Shown here: positions 1-9,143 of the stretch, piece by piece
Layout of the letters: each line of letters begins with the position of its first letter
Position numbering within the stretch: the first letter of the stretch is position 1
DNA from: Candidatus Ozemobacteraceae bacterium
Lineage (GTDB): Bacteria; Muiribacteriota; Ozemobacteria; Ozemobacterales; Ozemobacteraceae
Reading direction: 5' to 3'
Assembly: GCA_965140445.1 (NCBI GenBank)
Contig: OZ223236.1
Coordinates: 2,944,001 to 3,008,000, forward strand
Length of the DNA stretch: 64,000 nucleotides
Made by a program: the position numbers and the translations under genes
The notes under the pieces: generated by a model
The model's input: the letters and a program-made list of their open reading frames with translations, nothing else
Told to the model about the DNA's origin: nothing
Databases searched by the model: none

Positions 1-440
1 AAGTTCATTCCCTGTTTGCCATTTTTAGGGTCTGAATCTGATTTGCTTGAATTCATGGCCAATTCGATGATTTTTTTAAGTTCGCCAGCAGCTTCATCAA
101 TTTTTCCGCCATCTTCATAAATTCTGGCAAGTTCTTTGTGAGCTTCAGCTATGGCCATCATTGCTTCGCGTTTTTCACGCATTTTCATCATTTCAGGATT
201 CATCTTGCCGCCCTGGCGCTGCATTTTGTTTTTTCTAGGTGGTCTTGGGCCATCCATATCATCCTGCTGGTTAAACTGTCTGTTCATTGGTGGCATTGGC
301 GGGCGCATTCCCTGCTGACCTTCCTGAATGTCAGCCTGGAAACCGACTTCTGGCTCATCTCTCATTGGCTGTGCCATTAAAGAACCGCTGCAGATAAGTG
401 AAACCGCCACAAGTAAGAAAACCGATAAAATCCTTTTCAT
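1..440 (-). CDS. Exported hypothetical protein (partial, runs off window), third gene of the ECF operon
   Basis: Manual translation MKRILSVFLLVAVSLICSGSLMAQPMR... gives a signal peptide and stays open to the window edge; ATG overlaps the stop of 437..973 (ATGA); helical AEAHKELARI segment may be TPR-like. Confidence 0.75.
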   Translation of the reverse strand, partial: MKRILSVFLLVAVSLICSGSLMAQPMRDEPEVGFQADIQEGQQGMRPPMPPMNRQFNQQDDMDGPRPPRKNKMQRQGGKMNPEMMKMREKREAMMAIAEAHKELARIYEDGGKIDEAAGELKKIIELAMNSSKSDSDPKNGKQGMN

Positions 441-973
441 AATAACTCCTCCTGTTCATTTTCATTTTCATCTATAAATGATGGTATTGATTCATAATCC
501 ACAAAACTCGAAATATTAGTGCTTTCAAATTCGAAAAAGGTTACATCAAATTTTTGCGATTCAACAAAATTCGGCAAAGCCTTGTCAGATTCGTCATAGA
601 AGCTCAAAACAGTTCTTTCCTCAATTGAGCTTTCGGGTTTCTCAGGGTTGACCAACGGGAGTAGAGCTAACCCCACGACCATGGCTAATGAGAATACAAA
701 TCCATATTTCAGACCAGAAAAATATGTGCCCCAAAAGGTCTGTTCTGGCTCTTTTGCGGGTTCTTCTGGTTTTTTGGAAAATGTAGCCAGGTCTGGCATA
801 CAGCGGGAATTTGCGATTTCTAACTTTGGTGGAGTTAATCCGGTTGGAGGGGGAAGAATTTGCGCATCCAGCCAGGATTCGCAATCAGCACACTTTTCCA
901 GGTGTTTTTCCAGTCTGGAGTCAATTTTCTGGTCTGCGGATTCTAACTGTTCTCTGAATTCTTTACATTTCAT
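437..973 (-). CDS. Zinc-finger (ZAS/zf-HC2) transmembrane anti-sigma factor
   Basis: N-terminal C...HLEKCADC (HxxxCxxC), one TM segment, directly downstream of an ECF sigma gene. Confidence 0.8.
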   Translation of the reverse strand: MKCKEFREQLESADQKIDSRLEKHLEKCADCESWLDAQILPPPTGLTPPKLEIANSRCMPDLATFSKKPEEPAKEPEQTFWGTYFSGLKYGFVFSLAMVVGLALLPLVNPEKPESSIEERTVLSFYDESDKALPNFVESQKFDVTFFEFESTNISSFVDYESIPSFIDENENEQEELL

Positions 974-1505
974 TGTATTTTTCCGCCTTTCCTAGGTTGT
1001 TCCAGGCTTCAGAAAATTTGTTTCTGGCTCGAAACAGTTTTATCTTTGCATTGCTTACCGAGATTTTAAGCGCTTCTGAGATTTCTTTTACGCTTAAGTC
1101 ATCCCAATAAGACAATATAAGTATTTGTCTGTCTTCTTTTGATAGCTTCTGGAGCGCAAGTTCCACGTCGTGAGAAACTTCCAGGTTTTTAAATGCATTA
1201 TCATTTTCCCCTGAAATCTCTTCGTTTACAGGAATATCCTTAGAACTCCTGGAATTTTGCTTGATACAGTTTCTTACGAGAATTGTGTATAACCAGGTGC
1301 GAATGCGGCTTGTCCCTTTAAAGCCCGTAATTCCGGAAAAACCTTGTTTAAAGGTTTCCTGAACAACGTCTTCTGCTTGTTCCTGGCTGTCACATTTTCG
1401 TAGAGCTACAGTGAACAGATAATTGGCATGGTTTTCAAAGATGGATTTGAATCCTTCTTCTCTTCCTTGTTTAGCTAGTTTTATTGCTTCGTTTTCGTTC
1501 ATCAT
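963..1505 (-). CDS. ECF RNA polymerase sigma-70 factor
   Basis: AEDVVQETF, TWLY, region-4 SVKEISEALKISVSNAKIKLFRAR; start moved to ATG 1505 because the longer ORF runs through the murB terminator. Confidence 0.92.
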   Translation of the reverse strand: MMNENEAIKLAKQGREEGFKSIFENHANYLFTVALRKCDSQEQAEDVVQETFKQGFSGITGFKGTSRIRTWLYTILVRNCIKQNSRSSKDIPVNEEISGENDNAFKNLEVSHDVELALQKLSKEDRQILILSYWDDLSVKEISEALKISVSNAKIKLFRARNKFSEAWNNLGKAEKYNEM

Positions 1506-1511
1506 ATTATT

Positions 1512-1539
1512 AGTTACCAGAAAATCAGTTTTGGTTACA
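1512..1539 (-). promoter_or_regulatory. Candidate ECF-type (autoregulatory) promoter
   Basis: Minus strand TGTAACC-N15-GTAACT, 6 nt before the ATG, no SD visible. Confidence 0.4.
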
Positions 1540-1540
1540 T

Positions 1541-1578
1541 AAAAAAAAGCTGCTTTGAAAAAAATCAAAGCAGCTTTT
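1541..1578 (-). terminator. Rho-independent terminator after murB
   Basis: AAAAGCTGCTTTGA/TCAAAGCAGCTTTT inverted repeat plus U-tract on minus strand. Confidence 0.8.
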
Positions 1579-1591
1579 GCTTGTTAATTAT

Positions 1592-2497
1592 TTACTGACC
1601 TATGTATAGCACTTCTTCATTGAGATCTATGCCAAAATCGTGTTTAACCTTGGTTTTAAGCATGGCTGCGAGCTCTTTGACATCATTGGAAGTGGCGTTT
1701 CCATTATTAATAATGAAATTTGCGTGGTTTTTAAAAACCGCAGCGCCACCGACCGACATCATCTTTGCTCCAGCTTGCTCAAGGACTGCTCCGGCTGCTC
1801 TTCGTCTATCTTCTCCGGGAAGTGGTGGAAGATTTTTGAAAAAGGAACCTGCGCAGCCAACTCCGGTAGGCGGATGTTTGCTTTTGCGCTGGGCAATAAT
1901 ATCGTCCATTGTTGCACGAATTTGCTTCGAGTCACCTTTGCCTAGCTGGAAGGTTGCATTGAGAACAATGCCGGGCGTTTCCTTCAAAATGCTGGTTCGG
2001 TAATCGAATTTGAAGAAATCCACACCAACTTTTTGAACCTGACCATCGGGCTGAATCACTTCGGCTTCGACCAGAAGATCTGCGATGCATCTTCCGTATG
2101 CGCCGGCATTTCCGTAGATTGCTCCACCAAGGGAACCTGGAATTCCAGCCAGATACTCGATTCCGGAGAGTGCGTTTTCCTGAGCAAAAGTTACGAGCTT
2201 CATAAGACTGAAGCCGGATGAGAATTTTACCAGACACTTGTCATGATCGATTTCCTGTGTGTCACGGGAAAGGTTTCGAATAACAATACCCTTGATGCCA
2301 TTGTCTGAGATAACCAGATTAGAACCGCCTCCCAGGACGAACCAGGGAATGTTTTCGCTTATAGCATATCTAATGGCCGCCACAAATTCTTCTTCTGTTT
2401 TGGCTTCATAGAAAAGCTCAGCTGGCCCACCGATTTTGAAAGTTACAAAATCTTTAAGGCATACGTTCTTTTGTATATTGTCTGGATTAAAACTCAT
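1592..2497 (-). CDS. murB: UDP-N-acetylenolpyruvoylglucosamine reductase
   Basis: TFKIGGPA, LGGGSNL, GIPGSLGGAIYGNAGAYG, AGSFFKN, HANFIIN motifs. Confidence 0.97.
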   Translation of the reverse strand: MSFNPDNIQKNVCLKDFVTFKIGGPAELFYEAKTEEEFVAAIRYAISENIPWFVLGGGSNLVISDNGIKGIVIRNLSRDTQEIDHDKCLVKFSSGFSLMKLVTFAQENALSGIEYLAGIPGSLGGAIYGNAGAYGRCIADLLVEAEVIQPDGQVQKVGVDFFKFDYRTSILKETPGIVLNATFQLGKGDSKQIRATMDDIIAQRKSKHPPTGVGCAGSFFKNLPPLPGEDRRRAAGAVLEQAGAKMMSVGGAAVFKNHANFIINNGNATSNDVKELAAMLKTKVKHDFGIDLNEEVLYIGQ

Positions 2498-2560
2498 TGT
2501 CCTGGCCTCCGATAAATCTCTACACTAATTATCGGGAAAATAGGTCGGTAACCTTAATTA

Positions 2561-3100
2561 CTATTTAGCTTCCTCGGCAGCTGGGAGATCCTGAAGGATT
2601 TCCATGCTCATTTTGTCACCTTTTTTGATTTTTTCAGGAACATCATGGCCTTTAACAACCTGACCAAAGTTAGTGTACTGGTTATCAAGGTGAGGAGTTC
2701 TGTCTAAGCAGATAAAGAACTGGCTTCCAGCTGAGTTTGGATCACTTGTTCTAGCCATGGAAAGACTGCCTTTAGTATGAAGTCTTGAGTTGAATTCTGC
2801 AGGAATGGTGTAGCCAGGTCCGCCAGTTCCATCACCTTTTGGATCGCCGCCCTGAATTACGAAACCAGGAACAACACGATGGAAATTAAGGCCATTGTAA
2901 TAACCCTTTTTAATGAGCTTGAGCATGCTATCAACATGTTTAGGCGCAAGATCAGGGAAGAGCTCAAGATAAATGTCGCCCTTGTCAGTAGTTACTTTTA
3001 CAAGTGGGTTCTTAGGATTTTCCATTTTGATATCAGCAGGAACTGCTGCCATGGCCATAGGGACCACGAAAACCAATAAAATAGCAACGATATAAGTCAT
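2561..3100 (-). CDS. Exported cyclophilin-type peptidyl-prolyl isomerase
   Basis: FHRVVPGFVIQGGDP, SMAR, SAGSQFFI, YTNFGQV; signal peptide. Confidence 0.95.
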   Translation of the reverse strand: MTYIVAILLVFVVPMAMAAVPADIKMENPKNPLVKVTTDKGDIYLELFPDLAPKHVDSMLKLIKKGYYNGLNFHRVVPGFVIQGGDPKGDGTGGPGYTIPAEFNSRLHTKGSLSMARTSDPNSAGSQFFICLDRTPHLDNQYTNFGQVVKGHDVPEKIKKGDKMSMEILQDLPAAEEAK

Positions 3101-3243
3101 AATTATCCTCCGAATTTAATTGGAAATATTTTACATTAGCCGCCAGGAAAAATCCAGAGGATATTGGTTTTAAACTGCTTTCGATTTGTAGTGGTGGGAA
3201 AAATTGGGCATGCAATCAGCTAATTTCGACCTGAGAATTAAAA

Positions 3244-3543
3244 TCAGAGTTCGCCAATTGGTCTTTCCGGGTCTTTTTTGTAAGACTCCAGCTCTTTTAC
3301 CAGTTCGAGATAAAGCTCTTCGACCTGCTTTCGTGCCCAGTCATTCTTACGCAAAAAGGTAAGACTGGATTTGATACTCGGATGACTGAAAAAACAATTT
3401 AGCTGAATCCTTTGATTCAACTCTTTCCAGCTATAATGCTCCCGAAGCGTCTGCATAATATCCTTGAGAGTAACCCCATGAAGCGGGTTATTCGGCTGCT
3501 TCATCGGCTTCTTTTTGGTGTTTTCAATGTTATCGTTGCTCAT
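3244..3543 (-). CDS. VF530/DUF2132 family DNA-binding protein
   Basis: QPNNPLHGVTL...PSIKSSLTFLRKNDWARKQVE. Confidence 0.88.
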   Translation of the reverse strand: MSNDNIENTKKKPMKQPNNPLHGVTLKDIMQTLREHYSWKELNQRIQLNCFFSHPSIKSSLTFLRKNDWARKQVEELYLELVKELESYKKDPERPIGEL

Positions 3544-3634
3544 CGGCTGCCCTTGGTAAAAGTCTTGATCGGGGTGTATTTTACATTGTTTTGTGGGGGA
3601 ATTAAACCTTTTTGATTATGGAGCCAGGTTACTT

Positions 3635-4195
3635 TCATCGTTTCTTTTCTTTTTGAAATTTCGCAAGAGAAAAAAGGTAAAAATGGATTCCAAAAAACAA
3701 GCCACAAATAATAGCAATTAAAATATTAGAAATCTTGTACCAGGGTCTGAAGGCAAAACACAAGCTGACCACCGAAACTGCTGGAAAACTACTAACGCTG
3801 AAAAAAATTGTAAAAACAGAAAGGGCAACAATTAAAGCAATGTTTAAACCTATTGTTAAGGAAATCTTTTTGGCTTTGTTCGATGTGCCAAAAATCATTC
3901 TTAGGGCAAAAATCTGATATAAGGCGGCAAAAAGAAAAGTGGATATAAGAAATGTTTCATTTTGGCTCATGAAGTAAGGGGTTGCTCCACTTGAAGCAAA
4001 ATGATACATGGATATTGCAGGTGAAAGAGCAAAATAAGTAAAAAACGCAAGAAAAATAAAGTAGCCATAAGGTTTGTTTATTGATTTTGATTTTTTGTTA
4101 AAAGCACCATTTGAGTCAAGAATGAAATTTTCATTTTCAATTTTCTCTAAATTTTGGTCATTTTCTTTTTGTTTGTTCAAGTTACCTTTTTCCAA
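3635..4195 (-). CDS. Hypothetical multi-pass membrane protein
   Basis: ORF with about 5 hydrophobic segments; TTG start uncertain. Confidence 0.6.
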   Translation of the reverse strand: MEKGNLNKQKENDQNLEKIENENFILDSNGAFNKKSKSINKPYGYFIFLAFFTYFALSPAISMYHFASSGATPYFMSQNETFLISTFLFAALYQIFALRMIFGTSNKAKKISLTIGLNIALIVALSVFTIFFSVSSFPAVSVVSLCFAFRPWYKISNILIAIICGLFFGIHFYLFSLAKFQKEKKR

Positions 4196-4647
4196 TATCT
4201 TCCAGTTCCTTCAGATCTTCTTCATCCGCTATTTTTCTTATCAATTGCCATAGCATGAATAATTTCAAATTGGTTTATTCATGTTTTTTTTTATTAAAAA
4301 GTGTCTTTATTCAATATATTAACCACTTTTTCAATTCTTCTACAATAATGCAAAATTTTAGGAATACCCAATAAAAGACTGAAAGGAGCATTAAGGAATA
4401 ATTTAAATTCACTAGGTGTTGTGCGCAATGGCTTGTTGCATAAGTGGAACTTTTCGGTTGCAAAAAACATAAGATGAGTTAATTAGCATTCCCAATTAAA
4501 CTGTTATTTTACATTCCAAAAATATTGACTTATTTGAACTTCATTGAATATGCTTTTAATTGAAATTTAGATAGAAAAATTGGTTGAGTAGGTTTTAAGA
4601 GGGGCATTTAATAATTGTCTCAAAATTACAAAAATTAGGTGTTAAGT

Positions 4648-5808
4648 ATGGTTAATAAACCAAAAAATGAGGCAAAAGCATCTGCTAAGGCAATTATTTT
4701 TCAAATATGTATTGCAGTAAAAAAGTGTTTTGAATTGTTAAAAGGTGAAAAAGTTTTTATTGAGGATTTTGGTGACGTTACAATATCTGGGAAAGAGCAA
4801 ATCGAAGCAAAACAATATTCAGATGTATTAACAGACAACCATCCCAATTTTTGGAAAACTTTAAAAAACTGGCTAGACAAAAATTTCAAAGAAAATAATT
4901 ATAAAAGCTTAATACTTCTTACCACTCAAAGCTATTCACCAAATACTAATTTGCGCTTCTTTAATAACCTTTCAACTGCAAATAAGTTTAAGCTTTTGAA
5001 GACAATTTGTAATAAGTCTGAATCTTGCTTCTTAGATCGCCAAAAAGAAAGTGAAAAGGAAATTTCTCCTTCAAAGGTCTTGAGTTGGCAAAGGTTTATT
5101 TTTGATAGTTCAAATGAAGATAAACTTTTAAAAATTTTAAGTAAAATTGAAATTGCAGCTAATAGTCCAAACCTTAATGAATTATATAGTCAGATAATTG
5201 AAAGAGAAATAAAAGGAGTTTTAGAGGGAAAAAAGGAAGACTTTCTTAACTCCTTGATTGGTTTTGTCGCAAAGCCAGGTCAAAAGAATGAGTCTTTCTG
5301 GGAAATAACTTTTGAAGAATTTTCAGAAAAGCTAAAGGATTTAAATAGCCTGTATTGTATGGAAACTAGAAGGTTTCCTAAAAAGTATTTAGATGATGAT
5401 TCCTTGCCTAATAGTCTGCCACCAGGAGAAAAGGAACCTCTATTTATTAAAAAGATAAAAGACATCCCATATGATGATGTTATTCCTAATGCTGTTGCAG
5501 ATTATCTTAAAACTTTTGAGACAATAAATGAAGAATTTAAAAACTATGAAATTCCTTTTACACGGCTCGACAGTTACCGAAAAAATCTAATTATGGTTTT
5601 TTCAACAAAATATAAAATAGCTTGTCGTCATTGCAAAAATCCAGAGACAGACTCAAAAAACTTTTATGATGAAACAATTTGCTCTGATCCAATGAGAATG
5701 GAGGGCTTTGATATAGTTCCTTATGGTTTTAGAAATGGTCTACTGCACATAGAACAAAATGATCAAGAAAAAAATCTTTTTTGGAGGCTTCTAAAAGAGG
5801 ATGAGTAA
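4648..5808 (+). CDS. lmuA: Lamassu/ABC-three-component effector (LmuA-like) with N-terminal Cap4-like PD-(D/E)xK endonuclease
   Basis: FQ...IEDFGDV...QIEAKQ...LTD...FWKTLKNW nuclease-like motif; C-terminal GFRNGLLH...W; first of three overlapping genes. Confidence 0.75.
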   Translation: MVNKPKNEAKASAKAIIFQICIAVKKCFELLKGEKVFIEDFGDVTISGKEQIEAKQYSDVLTDNHPNFWKTLKNWLDKNFKENNYKSLILLTTQSYSPNTNLRFFNNLSTANKFKLLKTICNKSESCFLDRQKESEKEISPSKVLSWQRFIFDSSNEDKLLKILSKIEIAANSPNLNELYSQIIEREIKGVLEGKKEDFLNSLIGFVAKPGQKNESFWEITFEEFSEKLKDLNSLYCMETRRFPKKYLDDDSLPNSLPPGEKEPLFIKKIKDIPYDDVIPNAVADYLKTFETINEEFKNYEIPFTRLDSYRKNLIMVFSTKYKIACRHCKNPETDSKNFYDETICSDPMRMEGFDIVPYGFRNGLLHIEQNDQEKNLFWRLLKEDE

Positions 5809-6262
5809 CACCTTAAACAATTTAAATACCCTACATTCGAATCCATTTATTTTTAGTTCAATTTTGTTTCATTTCTTTGAGTCACTTGAAGCTAAACCAA
5901 ATGGTCTGTTATTGTCTTATTTAGTTTTACCAACTGTTTTGTATCCGTTCTCCCAAGCATTTTTATTAAAAGCAACTTCACGAAGCAATCTGAGAACCTT
6001 CGTAAAAGAAAAATCAAGAATTTATGGATTGCAAGAACGCTTACAAGAAAAAAAAGAAATTACAAATGTAACAGTTCAGTATTTATTAGACTTAAAACTT
6101 ATCTGTCTAGGAAAAGACTTAAGTGTCAAAAAAATAAAGGATTTCCCTAAAGATTATATTTCAGTAAAAAGCCAAATCAAAGCATCTTCAAGACTTGCAG
6201 AGATTTTCTTACCGTTTGAAATCCCTTTGATATACCAGAAGCTTGGAGTAAAAAGTTTATGA
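5801..6262 (+). CDS. lmuC: ABC-three-component middle component (LmuC-like)
   Basis: 153 aa, NPF...LLLSYLVLPTVL...LGV, overlaps both neighbours. Confidence 0.75.
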   Translation: MSNTLNNLNTLHSNPFIFSSILFHFFESLEAKPNGLLLSYLVLPTVLYPFSQAFLLKATSRSNLRTFVKEKSRIYGLQERLQEKKEITNVTVQYLLDLKLICLGKDLSVKKIKDFPKDYISVKSQIKASSRLAEIFLPFEIPLIYQKLGVKSL

Positions 6263-8298
6263 GAACTATCATAAAATTTATAGGCGTTACTGACAAAGAG
6301 AATAATATCCATGCTGTTAAATTAAGAGCAGGCGTAAATATCATTACTGGACGGTCATCAACTGGGAAAAGTGCTTTAATAGAAATTTTTGATTACTGCT
6401 TTGGTAGTAAAGACTTTACTATTCCAGAGGGTGTTATTACTAAATACGCTGAAATATATTTTGTTGTTCTTAAAGTAGATGAAACGACTTTAGTTCTTGC
6501 AAGAAGCAGCAATCGAGCTAGAGGATTTTTTAAAGAGGAGGCAAACTCTCAAATACTTGAAAATGAAAATTCATTTAAAAAAGAATATTTTGCCCAAGAG
6601 TATTTTTTACCAATCAATGATTTTTTAAAGGAGCTAAGAAGTTATTTCGGTTCAAATATTCAGCTCACAGATGTGGATGAAAGCCTAATACAAAGACAAC
6701 ATAGAGGAAAAAAGAAAGGAACCCCTTCAATTAGAAGCTTCACTTCTTTTATGCTTCAACATCAGAACTTAGTTGCCAATAAACATGCAATTTTTTATAG
6801 ATTTGATGAAAAAGAAAAAAGAGAGCAAGTTATAGATCACTTTAAAATTTTTGCTGGAATTGTAGACCAAAAATATTTTCTGAAGAAGCAGGAGTTAGAA
6901 AGGCTAGAGTTAGAAAAAAGAAAACTTGAATTACAGTTACCTAAGAAATCAGAGAAAAGAGAAAGAAATAAGGAAAAAATCGAAGAAGCTCTTATCGATT
7001 ATGAGACAGCTAGTGGAAAAGAGCTAGACTTAGGAACGCCTGAGAGTATTGTTCAAAATCCTCAAAAAGCACTTGATAGTTTAAAAAAGAGAAAAATTGA
7101 AGTTGTTGGTTTTTCAAACAACTTCATTGATGAAAAGGAAAAGAAAGAACGAAGAATTGCAAATTTAACAGGCCAATATAGAAAACTACAAAACGTTTTG
7201 AAGGATATTAAAATTTCTATCGAATACGCTGAGAGGCATGAAAAAAACAGCAAAGAGTTACTTGTCCCAGATGAAGCTATGGTTTTCGCCTCAAGTTGCC
7301 CATTTTGTAAAAGCGAAAACCTTTGCTCTGAGCACAATGCAAATAAATTGTCAGAGGCAATTAATTGGCTAAACACTGAACTTGAAAGTTCAAAATATGC
7401 TTTGACTTCATTTAGAGAAGCGGAGAACAAGCAACAAGCAAAACTTCAAGGTGTAAAAACTGAAATTCTTGCTGAAATTGCTGGCTTAAAAGGGCTTGAT
7501 ACACAAATAGAAGAACTCGAAAAATATAAAACCCAATATGAGTTGGCAATGAAAGCCAAAATTAAGATTGAGAATCTTTTAGATTCATTTTTTGAAAATG
7601 AGTTTTTCGATATTGAAAATAGAATTGAAGAAATAAACAATAGAATTAAACAAATTAAAGGTTACTTAAAAAAGCACTATGACGTAGAAGGTAGAATTAA
7701 AGCTGCTGAAATAAAAATTAACTCTTTTATGAAGGAAATTGCTAAATCTTTAGATTTTGAAAAATCATATAAGCCAATGAATCTCAATTTTTCACTTGAA
7801 ACTTTTGATCTTTGGAATGATAAAAAAGGGCAAAAAGTATTTCTTCGATCAATGGGAAGTGGTGCTAATTGGCTTTCTTGCCATATTACATTATTCTTAG
7901 CTCTCAATCGTTATTTCTGTTCATTAAAGGATAAATGTTCAATACCTACAACGTTATTTTTCGACCAGCCCAGCCAAGTTTATTTTCCAAGCATATTGGA
8001 TGATTCGGAAGAATTTGAAGCTGAGGAGATAGCCCAAAAAGAAGGAAAAACACGTAAAAGAAGCGTTGATGAAGATATCCAGGCTGTTATAGATTTTTAC
8101 TCTGAGTTTCTCAATCATTGCAAAAGAACCTTTAAAGATACAGGAATCGAACCACAAATTATTATTACTGATCATGCAGACAATCTTATCCTTAAAGGAT
8201 TTGAAGACACAAAAAAATTTGAAGAACTTGTTGCTGATAGAAGATGGCGAAGCAAAGATTCTGGTTTTATAAAACTCAGCAAGATCATTTTTAAATAA
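6259..8298 (+). CDS. lmuB: Rad50/SMC-like ABC ATPase, DUF3732 family (LmuB-like)
   Basis: Walker A GRSSTGKS, coiled coil with CPFC zinc hook, signature MGSGANW, Walker B FFDQPSQVYFP, H-switch IITDH. Confidence 0.88.
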   Translation: MRTIIKFIGVTDKENNIHAVKLRAGVNIITGRSSTGKSALIEIFDYCFGSKDFTIPEGVITKYAEIYFVVLKVDETTLVLARSSNRARGFFKEEANSQILENENSFKKEYFAQEYFLPINDFLKELRSYFGSNIQLTDVDESLIQRQHRGKKKGTPSIRSFTSFMLQHQNLVANKHAIFYRFDEKEKREQVIDHFKIFAGIVDQKYFLKKQELERLELEKRKLELQLPKKSEKRERNKEKIEEALIDYETASGKELDLGTPESIVQNPQKALDSLKKRKIEVVGFSNNFIDEKEKKERRIANLTGQYRKLQNVLKDIKISIEYAERHEKNSKELLVPDEAMVFASSCPFCKSENLCSEHNANKLSEAINWLNTELESSKYALTSFREAENKQQAKLQGVKTEILAEIAGLKGLDTQIEELEKYKTQYELAMKAKIKIENLLDSFFENEFFDIENRIEEINNRIKQIKGYLKKHYDVEGRIKAAEIKINSFMKEIAKSLDFEKSYKPMNLNFSLETFDLWNDKKGQKVFLRSMGSGANWLSCHITLFLALNRYFCSLKDKCSIPTTLFFDQPSQVYFPSILDDSEEFEAEEIAQKEGKTRKRSVDEDIQAVIDFYSEFLNHCKRTFKDTGIEPQIIITDHADNLILKGFEDTKKFEELVADRRWRSKDSGFIKLSKIIFK

Positions 8299-8346
8299 CG
8301 CCTGTCGTGCCCGGCCAATTTTTCTGTATCGACGCACTTGTTGAAC
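8293..8346. other. attC-like recombination site remnant
   Basis: TAACGCCTGTCGTGCCCG...GACGCACTTGTTGAAC starting at the lmuB stop; homologous to 13349..13404. Confidence 0.45.
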
Positions 8347-8750
8347 TCAGCCGCTGGAGCGGCAGCTGAAGGGGAATCAACCGAATTTTACTGGTTTTGC
8401 GATGTCTGGTTTTTTCCCGAATGTTTTAGTTGTGTAAACTCCTCGATTAAAAGGGTTTGAGCCCTGACAGACCACAAACGAGGAGAATGTATTTATGTTA
8501 CCACAACAACAGGAAAAACTCGACAAGCTATACCAGAGCATGGTCAAGGCACTGAAAAGACAAGGTATGGCAGATGTAACGATTGATACTTACAGCAGGG
8601 CAGTTATCAGAATAGCTGCTTTTTTCGATCGCTGCCCAGATGAACTAAGCAAACAGGATTTAAAAGACTATTTTGATCATTTCATTACTATCCGCTCATG
8701 GAGCACAGTCCGAGCCGATCGATGTGGACTGCAATTTTTCTGGAAACATT
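8340..8750 (+). mobile_element. Remnant of an IS91-like element carrying a tyrosine recombinase
   Basis: GTTGAAC followed by GC hairpin TCAGCCGCTGGAGCGGCAGCTGA, then an integrase N-terminal fragment; no transposase seen. Confidence 0.45.
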
Positions 8751-8863
8751 CAATATTTTGGTTCAAGCGAATCAAACATTTCGATATTAATTTTGTATTT
8801 ACTAGCTCTGGAAAAGCTCTCCAGAATCACAATGGCATAAAAATTGTCCAGGCAACTGCCTAA
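8495..8863 (+). pseudogene. Truncated tyrosine recombinase (N-terminal SAM-like domain only)
   Basis: TIDTYSRAV...FDRCPDELS...SWSTVRADRCGLQFFWKH then unrelated sequence; catalytic RHRY domain absent. Confidence 0.8.
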
Positions 8864-8864
8864 A

Positions 8865-8892
8865 TTTTTGCAATTTTTATGAGCAGAGCTAA
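8865..8892 (+). repeat. 28-bp direct repeat, copy 1
   Basis: TTTTTGCAATTTTTATGAGCAGAGCTAA, identical at 11546..11573. Confidence 0.9.
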
Positions 8893-9143
8893 AAAATCCG
8901 GAAAACGAAGAATCTAAATCTTTTTTAGCCTAAAAAGGTATGGTTACAATTAGAAATACTTATTTATATACATTCCAGCCGTTAGACTGGCCTATTTATT
9001 GAAAGTTAATTAGGCCTAAAAATGCTACTTTACTCTTCCTGACAACTGCCTCTTTAACTTTTTATATAACAGATTAATTACAGGGCAAATCAATTCTGAT
9101 ATTATGTATCTAATAAATCTTGGATTAGAAAATTGGGGAATTT

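Noticed and set aside
4410..4435. GTTGTGCGCAAT as a cassette start for Lamassu
   Set aside because: Does not fit GTTRRRY and complements the downstream AAATAAC poorly
8495..8863. Integrase fragment as an integron integrase or prophage marker
   Set aside because: Only an N-terminal domain resembling IS91-associated recombinases; no catalytic domain or phage genes
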